Shown: positions 1 to 14,159 of the stretch, piece by piece
Position numbering within the stretch: the first letter of the stretch is position 1
How the letters are laid out: each line of letters starts with the position of its first letter
Assembly: GCA_001642005.1 (NCBI GenBank)
Contig: LWCA01000112.1
Location: 1-53,423 of the forward strand
Origin: Intoshia linei
Lineage: Eukaryota; Animalia; Orthonectida
DNA length: 53,423 bases
Direction of reading: 5' to 3'
Notes under the pieces: model-generated
The model's input: only the letters and a program-made list of their open reading frames with translations
The model's database searches: none
What the model was told of the DNA's origin: nothing
Position numbers and translations under genes: made by a program

Positions 1-593
1 TATGAAAAAAATCCACTTCATCAAACCACAAATAAAAAATCTAATTTTCCAGTCTTTAATGGAAAAATATCCTTTTTCCAATATTTTTTTAAAAACCTCT
101 TATTCCAACCCACAAATTACTAACGCTTAAGGGAATTATCCTCTTTTTCCAATATTATTTTGAAATGTATTATAAGTTTTTACGAACTGGAACGCTATTA
201 TCAAGATTGTTAAAATTAAAGGAACCTCTTATGACCGTTCAACCTACGTCAACACAAAATGAAATAAATTTCTCTACTGCTACTAATTTTGTAACACAAC
301 GTACTACGCGTTTAAAAGACGAATCTATAAATATTATTGGTGTTTTGAAACACTTTTTCAACAATCTAAAATAAATAAATTTTTATCTAATTAAATTTGT
401 AACTTTCAATCTAGATTCGTGTTATTTCATTAATTAAATTTCTTTTTGTTTCTAAAATTAATTAAGGTCTCTAAAATTTTCAATGCTTTTATGTTATATA
501 TGAATAAAAATTTTTTTTAGTTTTCCCGGGAAATTAAAAATTAAATTTTCCGGTTCTCGAATTTTGTCATTTCCTGGGAAATCACAATCACTA
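1..593 (-). mobile_element. hAT-type MITE (TAGTGATTGTG TIR family), copy truncated by the window edge
   Basis: Reverse complement of the element at 19089-20084 and 31073-31802. It ends in the TIR CACAATCACTA at 583-593. ORF 165..374 is just an internal ORF of this repeat. Confidence 0.85.
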
Positions 594-1829
594 ATAATAA
601 TAATAGTAATTTTTAGCAATTAATATCGATCTAATTAACAATGCCGTTAATTAATTAACTAGCCAAAAAATAGCGCTGCCTATTTTCATCACTTCAAGGC
701 CGTGGAGAGCAAATTGTGGAGCGAATCAGTTGAAACTTGTTGACCCCTAAAACATATAAAAAAATATTTGACTTTTCTATACCAGTGTGTCCCAACCTTT
801 TTTACTAAATTACCCATATTATAATATAATTATAGTACTTATTTTGATATTACGCACAATATTTTTTTAACTGCATATTGAATGGTTAGGTTTTTAGAAT
901 AAGAACCATATAGATTTTTTAATAATTTAATTAATATATTTTTAAAAAACTAACTTTACCAAATAGACAAATAATTCCACATTTTTTTTGAAATTGTAAA
1001 AATACTATTTTTATTTTTCAAAAACAAGAGTAAATTATGTTTTTGCCGGTAAAAATGCAAATTTCTGATAGTGAAATCTATCTTACTGGCAGAAACAGAA
1101 AAAAATGACTTAGAATTTGTGTTTTTAACTATCTGGGACTGTCGCAGCATGTCGGTTTAAGATAAGATAGAAACCATTTATAATTTTTTTCACGAATAAT
1201 CAAAATATTCCTTTTTTAATAATGATAAAATAGTTTCAAAATAAAAAAAATAATACTAAAGTGTTTTTTTCACCGTGAAGGCATTACTTTGTCAGATTGA
1301 AATTTTTTGAGAGAATTAACTGAATATAACCGTATCAGCTGTATTTTTTTTAATAAATCAAGGACTATTTTTATTTTTTAAAAAAAGGTAATCTGGAGTT
1401 TTTATTGTGAAAATACACTTTTTTGAGGTTGCCATTCATGATAATAATTATGATTTTAATAACTATCCCAGGATGTATATTTTTTGAAATTTTTTGGTTG
1501 GTTTTATTTTTAAAAAAAGGGTTTTATATATAAATGTGTGTGTACATGCGAACATGTGTACAAAGTTAATAAAATTTATCTAAAATTTTGATCTACTTGC
1601 AAATTTTAGGAACCTTTATTTATAAAGATTTCTCCATTTAAACGTTTTTTCAAAAAGTTAAAGGTCATTTTATGAAATTATTTTAAAAAAATTGAAATAA
1701 AATAAAAACATAAAAACACAGTTTAATTACTAGACCTAGTAGCAACTTAGTCATTTATTGTAATTATATAATAAATATTTGTAGATTGTTATATAAAATA
1801 TAAATATGCATTAATAATGATAGCTTTAC

Positions 1830-2190
1830 TTCAAAAATGGAAATATTGACATTTTTATAGAAATAAGGTATAAATGTTTCATTAGTGATTAAAATAGCAA
1901 ATGGATATGATAGAAAAATGAGTATAAAAGATGCACCGTTCCTGTAACCTTCAGCAGAGGTACCCAACAAGCTAATGGACGACATGAAACTTGCCACAAG
2001 AGATAAACTGACTTGAATCAATGGTGTCTTTGTAGGTAAAGCATAATCATCAAAATTATTTTTTCTATCTGAAATTTGACGCATATTATTAATTTAAATT
2101 TAAATTACATTTAATTCCGAAATATATTCCAGAAAATATAAAAAATAGCATAAATAAGGTAACAAGTATATAGTCTATATAATTCAACAT
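1830..2190 (-). CDS. SLC5 sodium/solute symporter paralog, exons 1-2 only (rest outside the window or lost)
   Basis: ATG at 2190 (MLNYIDYILVTLFMLFFIFSGIYFGIK), a short intron, then exon 2 (TPLIQVSLSLVASFMSSISLLGTSAEGYRNG...SIFE) ending at a GTAAAG donor at 1829. Same exon boundaries as, and clear similarity to, exons 1-2 of the 11444 gene. Confidence 0.8.
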
Positions 2191-2894
2191 ATTCGATTGA
2201 GAATAATTTTACAGTATTATAAATATATATTAAACTTTGTAAATAAAATAAACTTATTATATTTATTCGCTACATGCCAAATATATAGTTATTTATTCAT
2301 TTATTTATTTTTTTTCGTTTATTTAAATTAACAGTTCACGACACCTTATAGGGTAAGTTTTTTAAAATCTTATTCAGAATTAATTCAAATTTGGCACGCC
2401 AATTTATCATTAGGTAATATACATTTCCCATTAGCGAAATTAGTATCACATCTCGAAATGGTTTACATAACCTGTATATTTTAAATTCATTTTAAATTAT
2501 ATTAATATTGTAAATTAATAAAATTAATGATTTGTATAAGTAATGGTAATTATTATATGTATTATATATAAAATTTTATATACACTAAAAAATTGAAATA
2601 CTGGAAGGTAAACATAGCTTCATACTAAGTTATCTGAAAATTAACAATAAATAGTACAATTTGGCACATAATCAAAACTTTTTAAAAGTAATTTATATTA
2701 CTTTAAAGCAATGTTAGTTAAAAATTATTGTATGTTTATTTGTTACAATTTATTTATAAAAGTAATTTGTGTAGAGTTTTAAGAATACTCATTTCTAATA
2801 CAATTTTTCAAGGATGATGTTTTATCGCAAATTTCATTTCCAGAAATGAAAATTTATTGAAAATGAAAAGATTTTAAAATTAAATGTCTTTCCA

Positions 2895-3560
2895 TCACTC
2901 GAAGTTCGAAAGTGAAAATTCTGCACTAGACTTGTAAATAACTAATAATATTGTAAAATTAATAGCCAGAATTCGAGAAATTAAATCGTTAATAAAACCC
3001 CAAAAAATTGACCTAGAAACAAATGTAAAAAAATGAACTGTATAACTAAACACGGAGAACAATATTATAAAGTCGGTACCACGTTTAAAAGCTCGAACAC
3101 CAATTTCCGTTAAAATAAAGTTCAGTTTTAATTTCTCCATAATATTTTTAAAGTGATATTTAAAATGACAAACGCAACTCGAATAGATAGAGTTAAATGT
3201 TTTTGATTGTGAATTAGTTTTTCTATTTTAAAAATACACACTTTTAGTGCTAATTGCCCATCAAATTCTAAAATTTTTGATAAAATGTGACACCCTAATA
3301 TACATATTTTGTATTCCTGATTGAATTGAAACAATCTGTATGTTATTTGACATTATTCATCCAGAAAATTCCCAAATTTTCATTAAAAATAGCACCTGTG
3401 ACTTTCCACTCTCTTGACCAATAATTTATAACAATCCTTTTATTTTCTGTATCTGAAATTCTGAATATAGAAATAATACATATAAATGTATATACCATGC
3501 AAAATATTAATTTTTTAAAGTATGTATGCGAACCCTCATCATCAGTGACTGATGCATAGT
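2895..3560 (-). pseudogene. probable degenerate non-LTR (L1/Tx1-like) retrotransposon RT C-terminal relic
   Basis: Frameshifted pieces VTGAIFNEN, KICILGCH, KIEKLIHNQKHLTLSIRVAFVILNITLKILW and GFINDLISRILAI recall, in the right order, the motifs that follow the RT core in L1/Tx1 ORF2. Many stops; judged by eye only. Confidence 0.4.
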
Positions 3561-3602
3561 AATAAATATTTAATATAACATATAATTGAATTATAAATAT
3601 TT

Positions 3603-6600
3603 CTAATTGTTTTGTTGCAACTGAACTGTTTCGTTTTTATCTAAATTTGAATTAAAAATAGTGGAAAAAATTTATTTTTCATTTTTTACCTAAATTTGTT
3701 TGATTTCTTTGCTTTCTACGTTCCACATAATCAAAATATTTTTTATAATAAGGTGAATAATATTGAGTTGGGATTAATTTGTTTTTATTACAACCTAAAT
3801 TTAAGTGTTATAGTATGTCTATTTAAAATTTGTAGGTGCTGTTTGTACGTACTACATAACAGTGAACCTAGTAAAATTATAAATATAATCACATGTCATT
3901 AAAGAAACAACTGTTCCAACAAACATCGAAACAAAAACGGTCGTCATTCCAAACATAAGATAATGTGTTTTAAACAGATAACAATCGATTCTAAAAAAGT
4001 AAATGAAATAAATACACAAGTAGATTAGACCCGTACAGGTCCAAATCTACAGTATCGAGACTGCTCTTCGGAGGTTAAACGAAATTTTTGTAAAATGGTG
4101 CCTTAGTTTTCCAAATTGAGCATTAAATTGTATTCTTAAATATCTTAACTATTTAAACTATTGTGTGTAAAATTTAAAATATAAGTCAAGAGTCTTGGAA
4201 AGTTGGCTAGGGCCATACGACACCACGCATTGTTTGTTAAATTTTTTAAGGGGCCTATATTTTCTATTTTTCACATTCGGTGGCCTCGAGCATGAAAGGC
4301 TCTGGACCGTAGGTAACGTCGCTCCTTCAAGCTCGTATAAAATAAACATTGTTCATTGAAAATAAATTTACTTTAAATATTTTCCGACAGCTATAGATAA
4401 CGTGAAAAGAAATCCGGCTGAACTTCCAACTAAAGCACCCTAAACGTAAGATATTATCATATTCATAAAAAATATACAATTGAATTTGCCGGAATCACAT
4501 ATATTCCTAAAGCGAATATTGACAAAATGGTACATCCAAATATTCCAAATAGAGATAAAGCCAGCTAAATCAAATATAATAATAATGTATAGGATTCAGC
4601 AAAGTCAATTGAATCAAGATAAACCAAGAAATAAAATTTACCTGAAGGACTTCATCGAGGTATGAAACAATTATACAACAAACCACGGTCAAAATCCCCG
4701 TACAAATACCTACATTTCAAATTATAAAATTGTAAATTAACCACTAAAAACTAGTTATGATGGATATGTTCTTCTTTTTTACAGAGTCATAATTTTTGAC
4801 CAGTGGGCTAAATATTTCTGTTATCAAAACAGTTGCAACTGAATTGATTCCTGTTGATAATGTACTAAATAATTAATATAATATACACTGAATACAAGTA
4901 TTAAAGCAGATTTGGGATTTATCTAAAATAGTGGGCATATTTTTCATAAAGGGACTATTTTTTATTTTCGGTATGCCTCCAACTTGGTAGGTTCACTCTG
5001 GGTTAAATATTTTTGCTTAAAATAATCAGAATAACAATTATAATTTTTAGGATAAATTATAATAATAACTGCTGTACAATCTTTTGAGTCATACAAAATA
5101 ATTGACAATGAATAAAATCTATTTCAACAAAAAATAAGGAAATAATTCAATTTTACTGACCATTTACTATCGTTGTACAATAGAAGTGTATAATTAAAAT
5201 TGTAATTTATTTTTCTAATCTTTTCTAATAGTTTAAACTTTAAAGAGCATCATACTGGTCCCACCGACCGCTAACTGAATTTTACCATCTCTGATTTATA
5301 TGGTACTAGATTGACTGTTATGTACTACGTACAAACAGGACCTAGCTCTGCCAAGGGCACATTTTTATTATACTTATAAAATAAATTCACGTTGAAAATT
5401 TAATTTAAAAATCCTACTATTCACTATTATGTATCAATAATTAACCGAATCTTCACTTTATAAACATATTTCAGTCGAATTTACCAAATATTACAAAGGA
5501 TTGTAATAAATATAAAAATGATACTAACAAAGTTGTATGACTTTTACTTTCGTTGTTGTGGTTTTTATTTAAATTTTGAATATTTTGAAAATTAAAAATT
5601 GCGTAGCAATGAAAAAAAATTCCGAAAGAATGAAGTATATAGATTTTCACCCATATTTCTTTATTGTAAATGTGTAGACGTTCAATACACATTTTTTTTG
5701 AAATTGTAGCATCAATATTTAAATTTTCAATTTTTATTTTAATCGAAATATTTGAAAAATATTGGTTGATAATATATTAGAAAATTATTTTTCATCTAGT
5801 ATGCGTAGATTTCTGGGGTTGAACTTTTGTACTTATATCAACTGGAATAAGCTCTATCAGAATAATTATTTTTTAATTTTCAGACATTTAATTATTTCAC
5901 ATTTTTTGTTTTAATAAAATATTTCGGAAAAAAAATATATGAAAATTAAATGCTTTTTTTGACCGTGAAGGCGTTGCTTATTCAGATTGAAATTTTTTGT
6001 GTGTGTTAACAGGNAATAATTATTTTTTAATTTTCAGACATTTAATTATTTCACATTTTTTGTTTTAATAAAATATTTCGGAAAAAAAATATATGAATAC
6101 TAAAATGCTTTTTTGACCGTGAAGTCGTGAATTATTCAGATTGAAATTTTTTGAGTATGTTAACATGATACAACTATACCACCTGTAAATTTTTTTAATT
6201 ATAGGGCTGTTTTTTTATTAAAAAAAGAAGGGTAATTTATGGTTTTGGCCCTGAAGATATAATTTTTTTAAATTTAAATTTATGATGATGTTTATGATTT
6301 TAAAATCCGTATCAGCGTATATATTTTTTTAAATTCTCCTAATCATTTTATTTTCAAAAAAAAGTATAATTGGTGTTTTTGACCCGTAAGATGTGAGTTT
6401 GGGAGGTTGAAATTTATTTTGCGATCAAAACTGAAATTTTGAAAAAAACTGTAATTGAAATGTGGATTTTATAAAATTCTAAGACGGGTAGTTATTTAAA
6501 TAAAGCTGAACACACACACAAACAAAATCGAGTAGCATATTATATAAGTCAGGATAAAGTTTATAGTTTACCGATAACTTAAAATTTAATTGATAAAAGA

Positions 6601-9600
6601 AAACCTAAAACTTGCTGACAACAACGACGTATAAAATATTCCTGTAAAGCACCAATATTTTCGAAACACGTGATCGACATAATAAGGAACAATCTAAAAT
6701 AAAAGTTGATTCCATTTTAAAAAAAATGAAAAAATTTACTTGATCGTTTTTTCCGGGTAAATCATGATTAGAATAGTATACATTTATACACACACCACAT
6801 ATTGCCAATATAATCGTTGCAAATGACAATATTGGTAAGATTATCCATAATGATCTAAAAATGTATATACTCATATGCAAATTAATACAGTTTAGCGCGT
6901 TTTAAATTTCCTAATGCCAACATACGTTGAACTTCACACTGATTGGTAGAATAAACTCCCATCCACACAAACGCAGAACCAAAAAATAACTGCCATACGG
7001 TATTATAAGATGTTGGATCAGGTGAGAAACTAAAAAATTACATATTCAAAATTTAATTTAAAACTTGAAGAATGTCAGCTTTTCATAGCTACTAAATTTT
7101 TTAAATATTGATGTTATTCCTCCAAATTGAACACAGGCTTCAATAATTATAAAGAGAGGTCCAATTAAAATCAATGATGCTTGAATTGCATCACTCCAAA
7201 GTACAATCTTCATCCCACCCTAATATTTCATGACTATAATTTATTATATACAAATTAGGGTTGGCAATCGATAAAAATTTGTAACTTTTTTCTTTTTACT
7301 CGTCGAAACATTATAGTTAATCAGGTTTATTTACAATTTTATTTTTTATGGAATTTAAGCTATTTTCATTTTTTTTACGATTTACTATTTTGACTATATT
7401 TTTAAAATTATACATTCATTATTTCTAATAAATTGAATAAATGATATCACAACATTGTTTTTAATTTTTATTTTTAAAATTCTATACATAACTAAACTAA
7501 ATGCTAACCAAATAAAATTAAGTGGGAATTATTCATTTTAAATTGAAATGTAATGTAAAATCAAGTTTAGGAATGACTTTATTAAATGTATGTTTAAATT
7601 TAAAAATTTAATTTGACACATTTATAATTTACATAACATTGTATTTCATAGCTCAAGTCATAAAATTTATAAATGGTGCAAAATTATAGGCTAACTAAAT
7701 TTCTTTTGAATAAAATCGTCCATAAAATGGACACTGCGCGAGCACTAAAAGGTTAATAATGAGTAGCATTTTTAATTAAGAATTTATTATTGAATTTATT
7801 TTTTTTGTAGAATTAAATTGGTCCGCCATCGGCAGAGCTAGCTGCTGTTTGTACATAGTACAAAACAGCCAAGCTACTACAATTATAATTATTTATAAAT
7901 ATTACCAATGAGGTATATAAAGTCGTCACTAGCGAAATTGTTCCGATAATGTACCATATATTTATACCTTCAACTAAATTAGATTGTAATTATTATTATG
8001 TATACCAGGGGTCGATAACAAGTGACCCACGGGTTTTAATATTTAATGTATCCTCTCCGTCAATTTTACTTATAATACAAAAATATGAGATTATACTATT
8101 CAATTGCAATGAAATATAATTAACAGTAATATTGGCAACTCGGTCGAAACATATTAATATGTAAAGGAATTTATGCTACCGTATCTGTGATTATAATTAA
8201 TTTTCTCAAATTAAAGCTTATGCCAGGTAATTGTAGATAAAGATATTATTTACGATATTACTTTGTTGGTCAAGTCAAATTTGATTAGATTTTACTATCA
8301 CCATAATAAAATGTACATTGTACGATCAGAGCCGTTTTAAGGCATAGGCAATATGGGCTGTAGCCCAGGGTCACTCATTAAAAAAGGCCCCCAAATTAAT
8401 AAAAGTACTTTACATTTATATCTTAATAATACGCCCCCAATTTAGTAAGAAACAGTGTATAAGTTTTGAAGTGTGGGAATTCAAATAGCTAGAAAGAAAA
8501 TAGTTTAAAAAATGATAATTCTGGTAATTATTCAATTTAAAATATTCACAATGTTCATCATATATTGACATAAAAATTGATTGAAATAATAATATTAAAC
8601 ATTAAAACCTTTATATTAAGTGAATATTCAAAAAAGAAAGTAGAAAATCTTTGATTTTCTCTTATTAATTTTCAATTAAGTAAGTTTTTGTAAAATAAAT
8701 AAAAGTTACTAGAAACCTACATAATATCTTTTAATGCCTTTATTAATACTCAATAAAATAAGACTAAGTCTCCAACCAACAAGTATCCCCTGTTTTCTAA
8801 AAAGGGGCCCTAAATTTTTTTTGGATAAGCTATATCAAAATAATCATTTTTTTTAATTTTCGGACAGTTAATTTAATTGAATAATTAATTTAATAATTTC
8901 ACCTTTTTTGTTTTAATAAAACATTTCGGAAAAAAATATATCAATACTAAAATGCTTTTTTGACCGTGAAGGCGTCACTTATTCAGATTGAAATTTTTGG
9001 TGTGTTAACAAAATAAAACTGTACCACCTATAAATTTTTTTAAATTCTAGGGCTGTTTTCAAAAAAAAGAAAAGGTGATTTGTAGTTTTGGCTTTGAAGA
9101 TATAATTTTTTTAAATTTAAATTTATGATAATGTTTATGATTTTGAAATCCGTATCAGAGTATTTATTATTTTAAATTTTCGAACTCGTTTAATTTTCAA
9201 AAAAAGGACAATTGGGCTTTTTGACCCATAAGATGTGACGTTGGGAAATTGAAATTTATTTTGCTAACACTCCCAGGAAAAACTGTAATTGAAATGTGGA
9301 CTTTATAAAATTCTAAGACTGGTAGGTATTGAAATAAACGGTAACACACACACAAACAAATCTTGCAAAGCATATTATATACTAATGTAAATAAGGATTA
9401 ATTAATAGATTCTATTAGTTTTGAGGTTGATTATGAAGAATTCAAACATAATTTAATAGTAAAATAAATGAGCTAGAACAAAACCAATATTAACGGATTC
9501 CATTTTTTTAGATAAAAGTTTAAAATCAAAAGTGGACACCCTACTTCATAAACAGTGCAAAAGAGCCAAAGAGTTAATATTAATGCATTAAACTGACCCG

Positions 9601-11444
9601 TGTTCCGTTTTTTATTTTCGGTTCGATATGGGCTATATTTAAATAATCTCCAAATTTTTGGGTAGAATTAAAAAAACCTTTTATTGTTTCATAAATGTTT
9701 TATATTTCATGTTTCCTTTAGGATCCAAAAAAAATAAATATTTTAAAATGGGGGTCCGTACACTATTTGAACCAGCAACCACTGATGTAAAGGATGATAA
9801 TATAATTGAGGTAACTTTTTTTCATAAAACATAAATTTAATAGTAAACAGATGATGACGGGCATAAATGAGGACCCTTTTATAATGAATGAATTACTTTC
9901 AACAAAAAAGTTTAAAAACCACTTTTTCAAAATATTTAAACAGCTACTAACAAACTTGGAAATATCAATTTTATTTTATTTCAATTGATATACAATTGTT
10001 ATTGATATAATGATGCTAAAAATGTTTGTGGGTGTTATTTATTATAATTTAATAAATTTATATCAATTTAAAAAAAAATTTAGGCCAATAAAATGATAAA
10101 GGTTTAAGGTCATCAATTGATCCCCTTAATTATGCATTAACTATACAATTTTGTCATCGATACAAAATATTTTACATTGTTTTTATCAAGTTTTAAAAAT
10201 ATTAACGAAAATTTAAAAACATAGTTTTATTACTGTCAATCCTGCTCAATATAAACAAGAACTTTCCAAATTTTATCCTTATTGATATTATCGTTTAAAG
10301 TGAACAGTGTTTACTGAACACTGAAAAAAACATTGCTGATATATGGCATGGTTCTTAGTCTGGGATATCGAGATATTCCTAATTTCTCTGGGAGGAATTT
10401 TCCGGTTGAGAAGCAGTCGAGTACAGCCTAATCAAACCAGTGTAGTACATCAATACCAACTCAATAAATTACTTAAAAATTTATTTACTGTCACGATCCT
10501 GTGTCATATTTGACCTACCGTTATTTAGGAAAAGTTGTCTTTAATTAAAGTGATTAGAAAAATTAATTACTATCGATTTTAGTTTATTTAATGATAAATG
10601 TAAAGCCAAAACTACTTATCTATGACGACGGATAAACATTCTCGGCTTAAAATTTATTCCAAATAATATTCCTTGCCACGCCACTGGTTACAGATATCAT
10701 AGGTTTAATATACATTAATTTATTTCGTATTTATAATACTCGTCATATATATAAATGTACATTTAATATTTGAAAAATTAAATTTACACCGATGATCTAT
10801 ATTTACAATTTAAAACTATTGTACAGTGTAACAATTTTTTATATTGAATTATTGAGTTTATAATGTACCTGTACTAACTGCCAAAGCTGGAGCATATAAA
10901 GCCAACGATAAATACAAAACCTACATAGATAATTAAAAAAACTTGCACAATAAAAATTAATACCGTTTGAACCACAAACATGCAAGCCGTATACAGAGCC
11001 ACAACTTTGTTGAAACGTTTGTTTAAATACTGGAAAATAAAATTAAAAAATTCAATAAAATAACACATAAAAATAAAAATTTACCTCAAAAATAGACATG
11101 TCAATAATTTTATAGAATACTGGTAAAAATAACGTAACGGTTCCCAAAATGGCGAAAAAATATGACACTACAACTAAAGTATAACTAGTTCCTTTCCGAT
11201 ATATTTCTGATGGAATTCCTAACAAACTGATTGCAGAAATAAAACTAGCTATCAAAGACAGACTGACTTGAAATACAGGAGTGTTGTGTGGAACAGTATA
11301 CTCACGAAGTGTGGTTTTGCGATCTATATGGAATTAAGCTTGAAATGGAGAAAAATAATTACTTTTATATCCAAAAATAGCTCCAGAAAATAAGAAAAAA
11401 AGCATAAACACAAAAACAATAGCATAATCCAATATATTCAACAT
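3603..11444 (-). CDS. sodium/solute symporter, SLC5A family (SMVT/SMCT/NIS-like), ~15 exons
   Basis: Spliced model with approximate exons 11444-11363, 11323-11085, 11029-10964, 10920-10869, 7973-7906, 7219-~7065, ~7029-6890, ~6853-6740, ~6691-6605, 4864-4752, 4709-4642, 4564-4478, 4439-4372, 3990-3893 and 3640-3603 (TAG). SSS motifs include SLIASFISAISLLGIPSEIY, YLNKRF, YTSLGGMKIVLWSDAIQ, NQCEVQRML, KNDQIVPYYV and TLSTGINSVATV. Confidence 0.9.
5306..6554 (-). mobile_element. non-autonomous Helitron-like element (family A)
   Basis: 5' end A|TCCTGACTTATATAATATGCTAC... followed by a (GT)n tract. 3' end has the hairpin CTGTTTGTAC-GTA-GTACATAACAG followed by CTAG|T. No TSD. The copy spans an N at 6014, so the two halves may come from different copies. 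Confidence 0.7.
8327..8820 (+). mobile_element. hAT MITE (CAGAGCCGT TIR family), right end lost
   Basis: Starts CAGAGCCGTTTTAAGGCATAGG...CCCAGGG, matching the intact copies at 35540 and 49719. Confidence 0.75.
8825..9397 (-). mobile_element. Helitron-like family A copy
   Basis: About 570 bp highly similar to 5845-6554, ending in (AC)n...GCATATTATAT...AGGAT. Confidence 0.75.
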
Positions 11445-12084
11445 CTAAATAATATATTATATATAATCGCTAATACTAAAATTTACATAAAACAATTATT
11501 AAGATAAGTTATTAATAAAGTAAAATACATACATAAACGTAAAAATTCCAAATACTTTTTAAATTTTAAATGTGTAAGTTAACAATTGTAAACTAAAAAT
11601 TGTGTTGGAAATTAAAAATATTAAAACTGGATTGAAATAAAAATTATCAAATACATTTATACCTTGAATAGAAGTATATAATAATTAACACTATATACTG
11701 ATTTATTTAATTACAAAATCTCGGTTTTGAATCAATAATAATAATCTTTGAGCTTTTCACAAATCAATTTTCTCTATAATATCATCAGTGAGAATTTTTA
11801 AATTTTATATTGATGTCATTTAAATGGAACATAATCCTTTGAAATGATCTACATTTTCCATTTAAATTAATGATATTTATACACAGATGTATACGTTTGA
11901 TCGGATGTAAATGTTTTTAGCTTATTTCACATATTTTGATTAGCTTTCAGTTTTCATAATCAAAAGGCTAATAGATTGTATTGCTCATAAGACTAAAGTA
12001 GGATTTTTATTTTGATGATTGTATGTTATACAATTTACTTTACAGTTTAAATTTTGAAAAATCGAAATTTTCTAATATGGGATT

Positions 12085-12665
12085 ATACCATTTATAATGC
12101 TTTGTTTGTCTGTGTGTTTTATTGTTTATTTCAACAACTATCAGTCTTAGAATTTTATAAAGTTTACGTTTCTATTTCAGTTTTTTCCGGGTGTAAGTAA
12201 AATAAATTTCAACCTCCGAAATGCACGACTTACCGTCAAAAACCCCATTTTTTATTTTTTTTGAAAATCAAACGAGCTCGAGAATTTAAAAAAATATACA
12301 CTCTGGTACAGATTTTGAAATCATAAATTTAAATTTAAAGAAAATATATCTTTAAGACCAAAACCCCAAATTACCCTTCTTTTTTTAATGAAAACAACCC
12401 TAGAATTTAAAAAAAATTACAGGTGGTATATTTGTATCCTGTTAACACACACAAAAAATTTCAATTCGAATAAGTGACAACTTTACAATCAAAAAAGCAT
12501 TTTAGTATTCATATATTTTTTTTTCGAAATATTTTATTAAAACAAAAAATGTGAATAATTTACTTGCGAAAATTAAAAAAAAGAAAATTATTCTGATAGA
12601 GCTTATTCCAGTTGATATATATACAAAAGTTCAACTCGAGAAATCTACGCATTCCCGATGAAAAA
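12085..12665 (+). mobile_element. Helitron-like family A copy (opposite orientation)
   Basis: Reverse complement of the 5790-6550 repeat body. Confidence 0.75.
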
Positions 12666-14159
12666 TAAATTAATATATTATTATTGATAATTTGGGTGTA
12701 ATTTCGCCCAAAGTGGGCGATATCGCAATATTATTAATAACAATTTTCAAGAATAAATATGACATGTTTGTAATATTGGAATTGACATATAAATTAAATT
12801 AAAATGTATTAATCAACACTATTATAACATGTAAAATTAATTAGAACTAATATAATGTTGCATATCGAATAAACTTTCTGAACCCCAGAATATTTCTTTG
12901 TCGTTAATAACCATTGTTGGTACACCAAATCCCTAAATACAGTTTAACAAAATTTGATTTATAAAATTTAAATTTAAGTTGACGAATTATATTTACAACC
13001 CTAAAAAATCGTTATAAAAAACATGCATACCAAAAAAAATAAAATTTTAAATACTTGTAAATTACAAGAATTTAATTTAATTTGACTTTAAAACAGTGCT
13101 TCTCAAAGGGATTCACACAATATAATATGGGTCCACAACTAAATTAATGTATTATTTCAAGAATTAATTTAATATTATTAAGGAGAAAACATCACTAAAT
13201 CCAACTCTACAAGAAAAAATCAAAATTTACCAATCCTTAAGGGAAAAATCCCTTTTTTCCAATATTTTTTTCAAAAATACAATTTTACGAAATTTAAAGA
13301 AAACCCCACTTAATTCAACCTAAAAGAAAAAATCCTCTTTTTCTAATTTTTTTGAAAATTGCGATTTTACCAAACTATCAGTGAAAACACTAGTTTTTTA
13401 TACTTTAAAAAAGACATTTGGAACATTTTAACATTTAAAATTTTTAGCCTTCAAATTTGATTATTTAGCCTATAATAATTGAAATATTTTGCATTATATT
13501 GAGAAAACTAGCTAAATCTCGTAATTTACGAGTCGTAAGGGTTAAAATAACAATTTCTAATAAAGTTTTTCGAAAGTGAGACTTGGTAAAAAAATTAATA
13601 TTCAGAAATTGAGTCCTTCAGGGTCAAAAACCCAAATTACCATTTTTTTAAAAAGAAAATGAATCCTAGAATTTAAAAAATTTAAGGCTAATACAAATTT
13701 TTGCTGTATTTTTTAGAGACTCAAATTACCTAAACACTTACTTAAGTAATCGTTACTTTAACTAAAGTGACCAGATTAAATATATATTTACACCAAGTTT
13801 CAATATTCTATTAGTATTATTAATATAAATTTGTTTGACATTTTCATTTTCTATTAAATCAGTCAGTGTTCCATCTTTAGATAATACATTATATTTTTTA
13901 GCAACCTAAAAGCAAATAATAACAAATATGGATTATGTTACCTCTTTTAAATATTCCAAATCGTCCAATGGTCGATGCTACATATATACAATGTATATTA
14001 TACATATAATATGATGTTATACCAGTCATGTCAAACTCAAATACGTAGCGGGCCGCATTATTTTGAAAAATTTTTAGGCGGAGCGCATCATAAATTTTTT
14101 TGTAGCATCTTTAAACATTCTAATAACAATAGAGATAATTTTGTTATACACAATGTGTA

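Noticed and set aside
165-374. ORFs 165..374 and 19269..19586 sharing [10 protein letters not shown], looking like a small gene family
   Set aside because: Both lie in copies of the same MITE, and the frames are not conserved in the third copy (31073-31802).
4744-4752. Apparent in-frame TAG in an SLC5A exon (pseudogene or readthrough?)
   Set aside because: A GT donor a few nucleotides earlier (ACT A|GTTTTTAG) removes it and restores the phase with the next exon.
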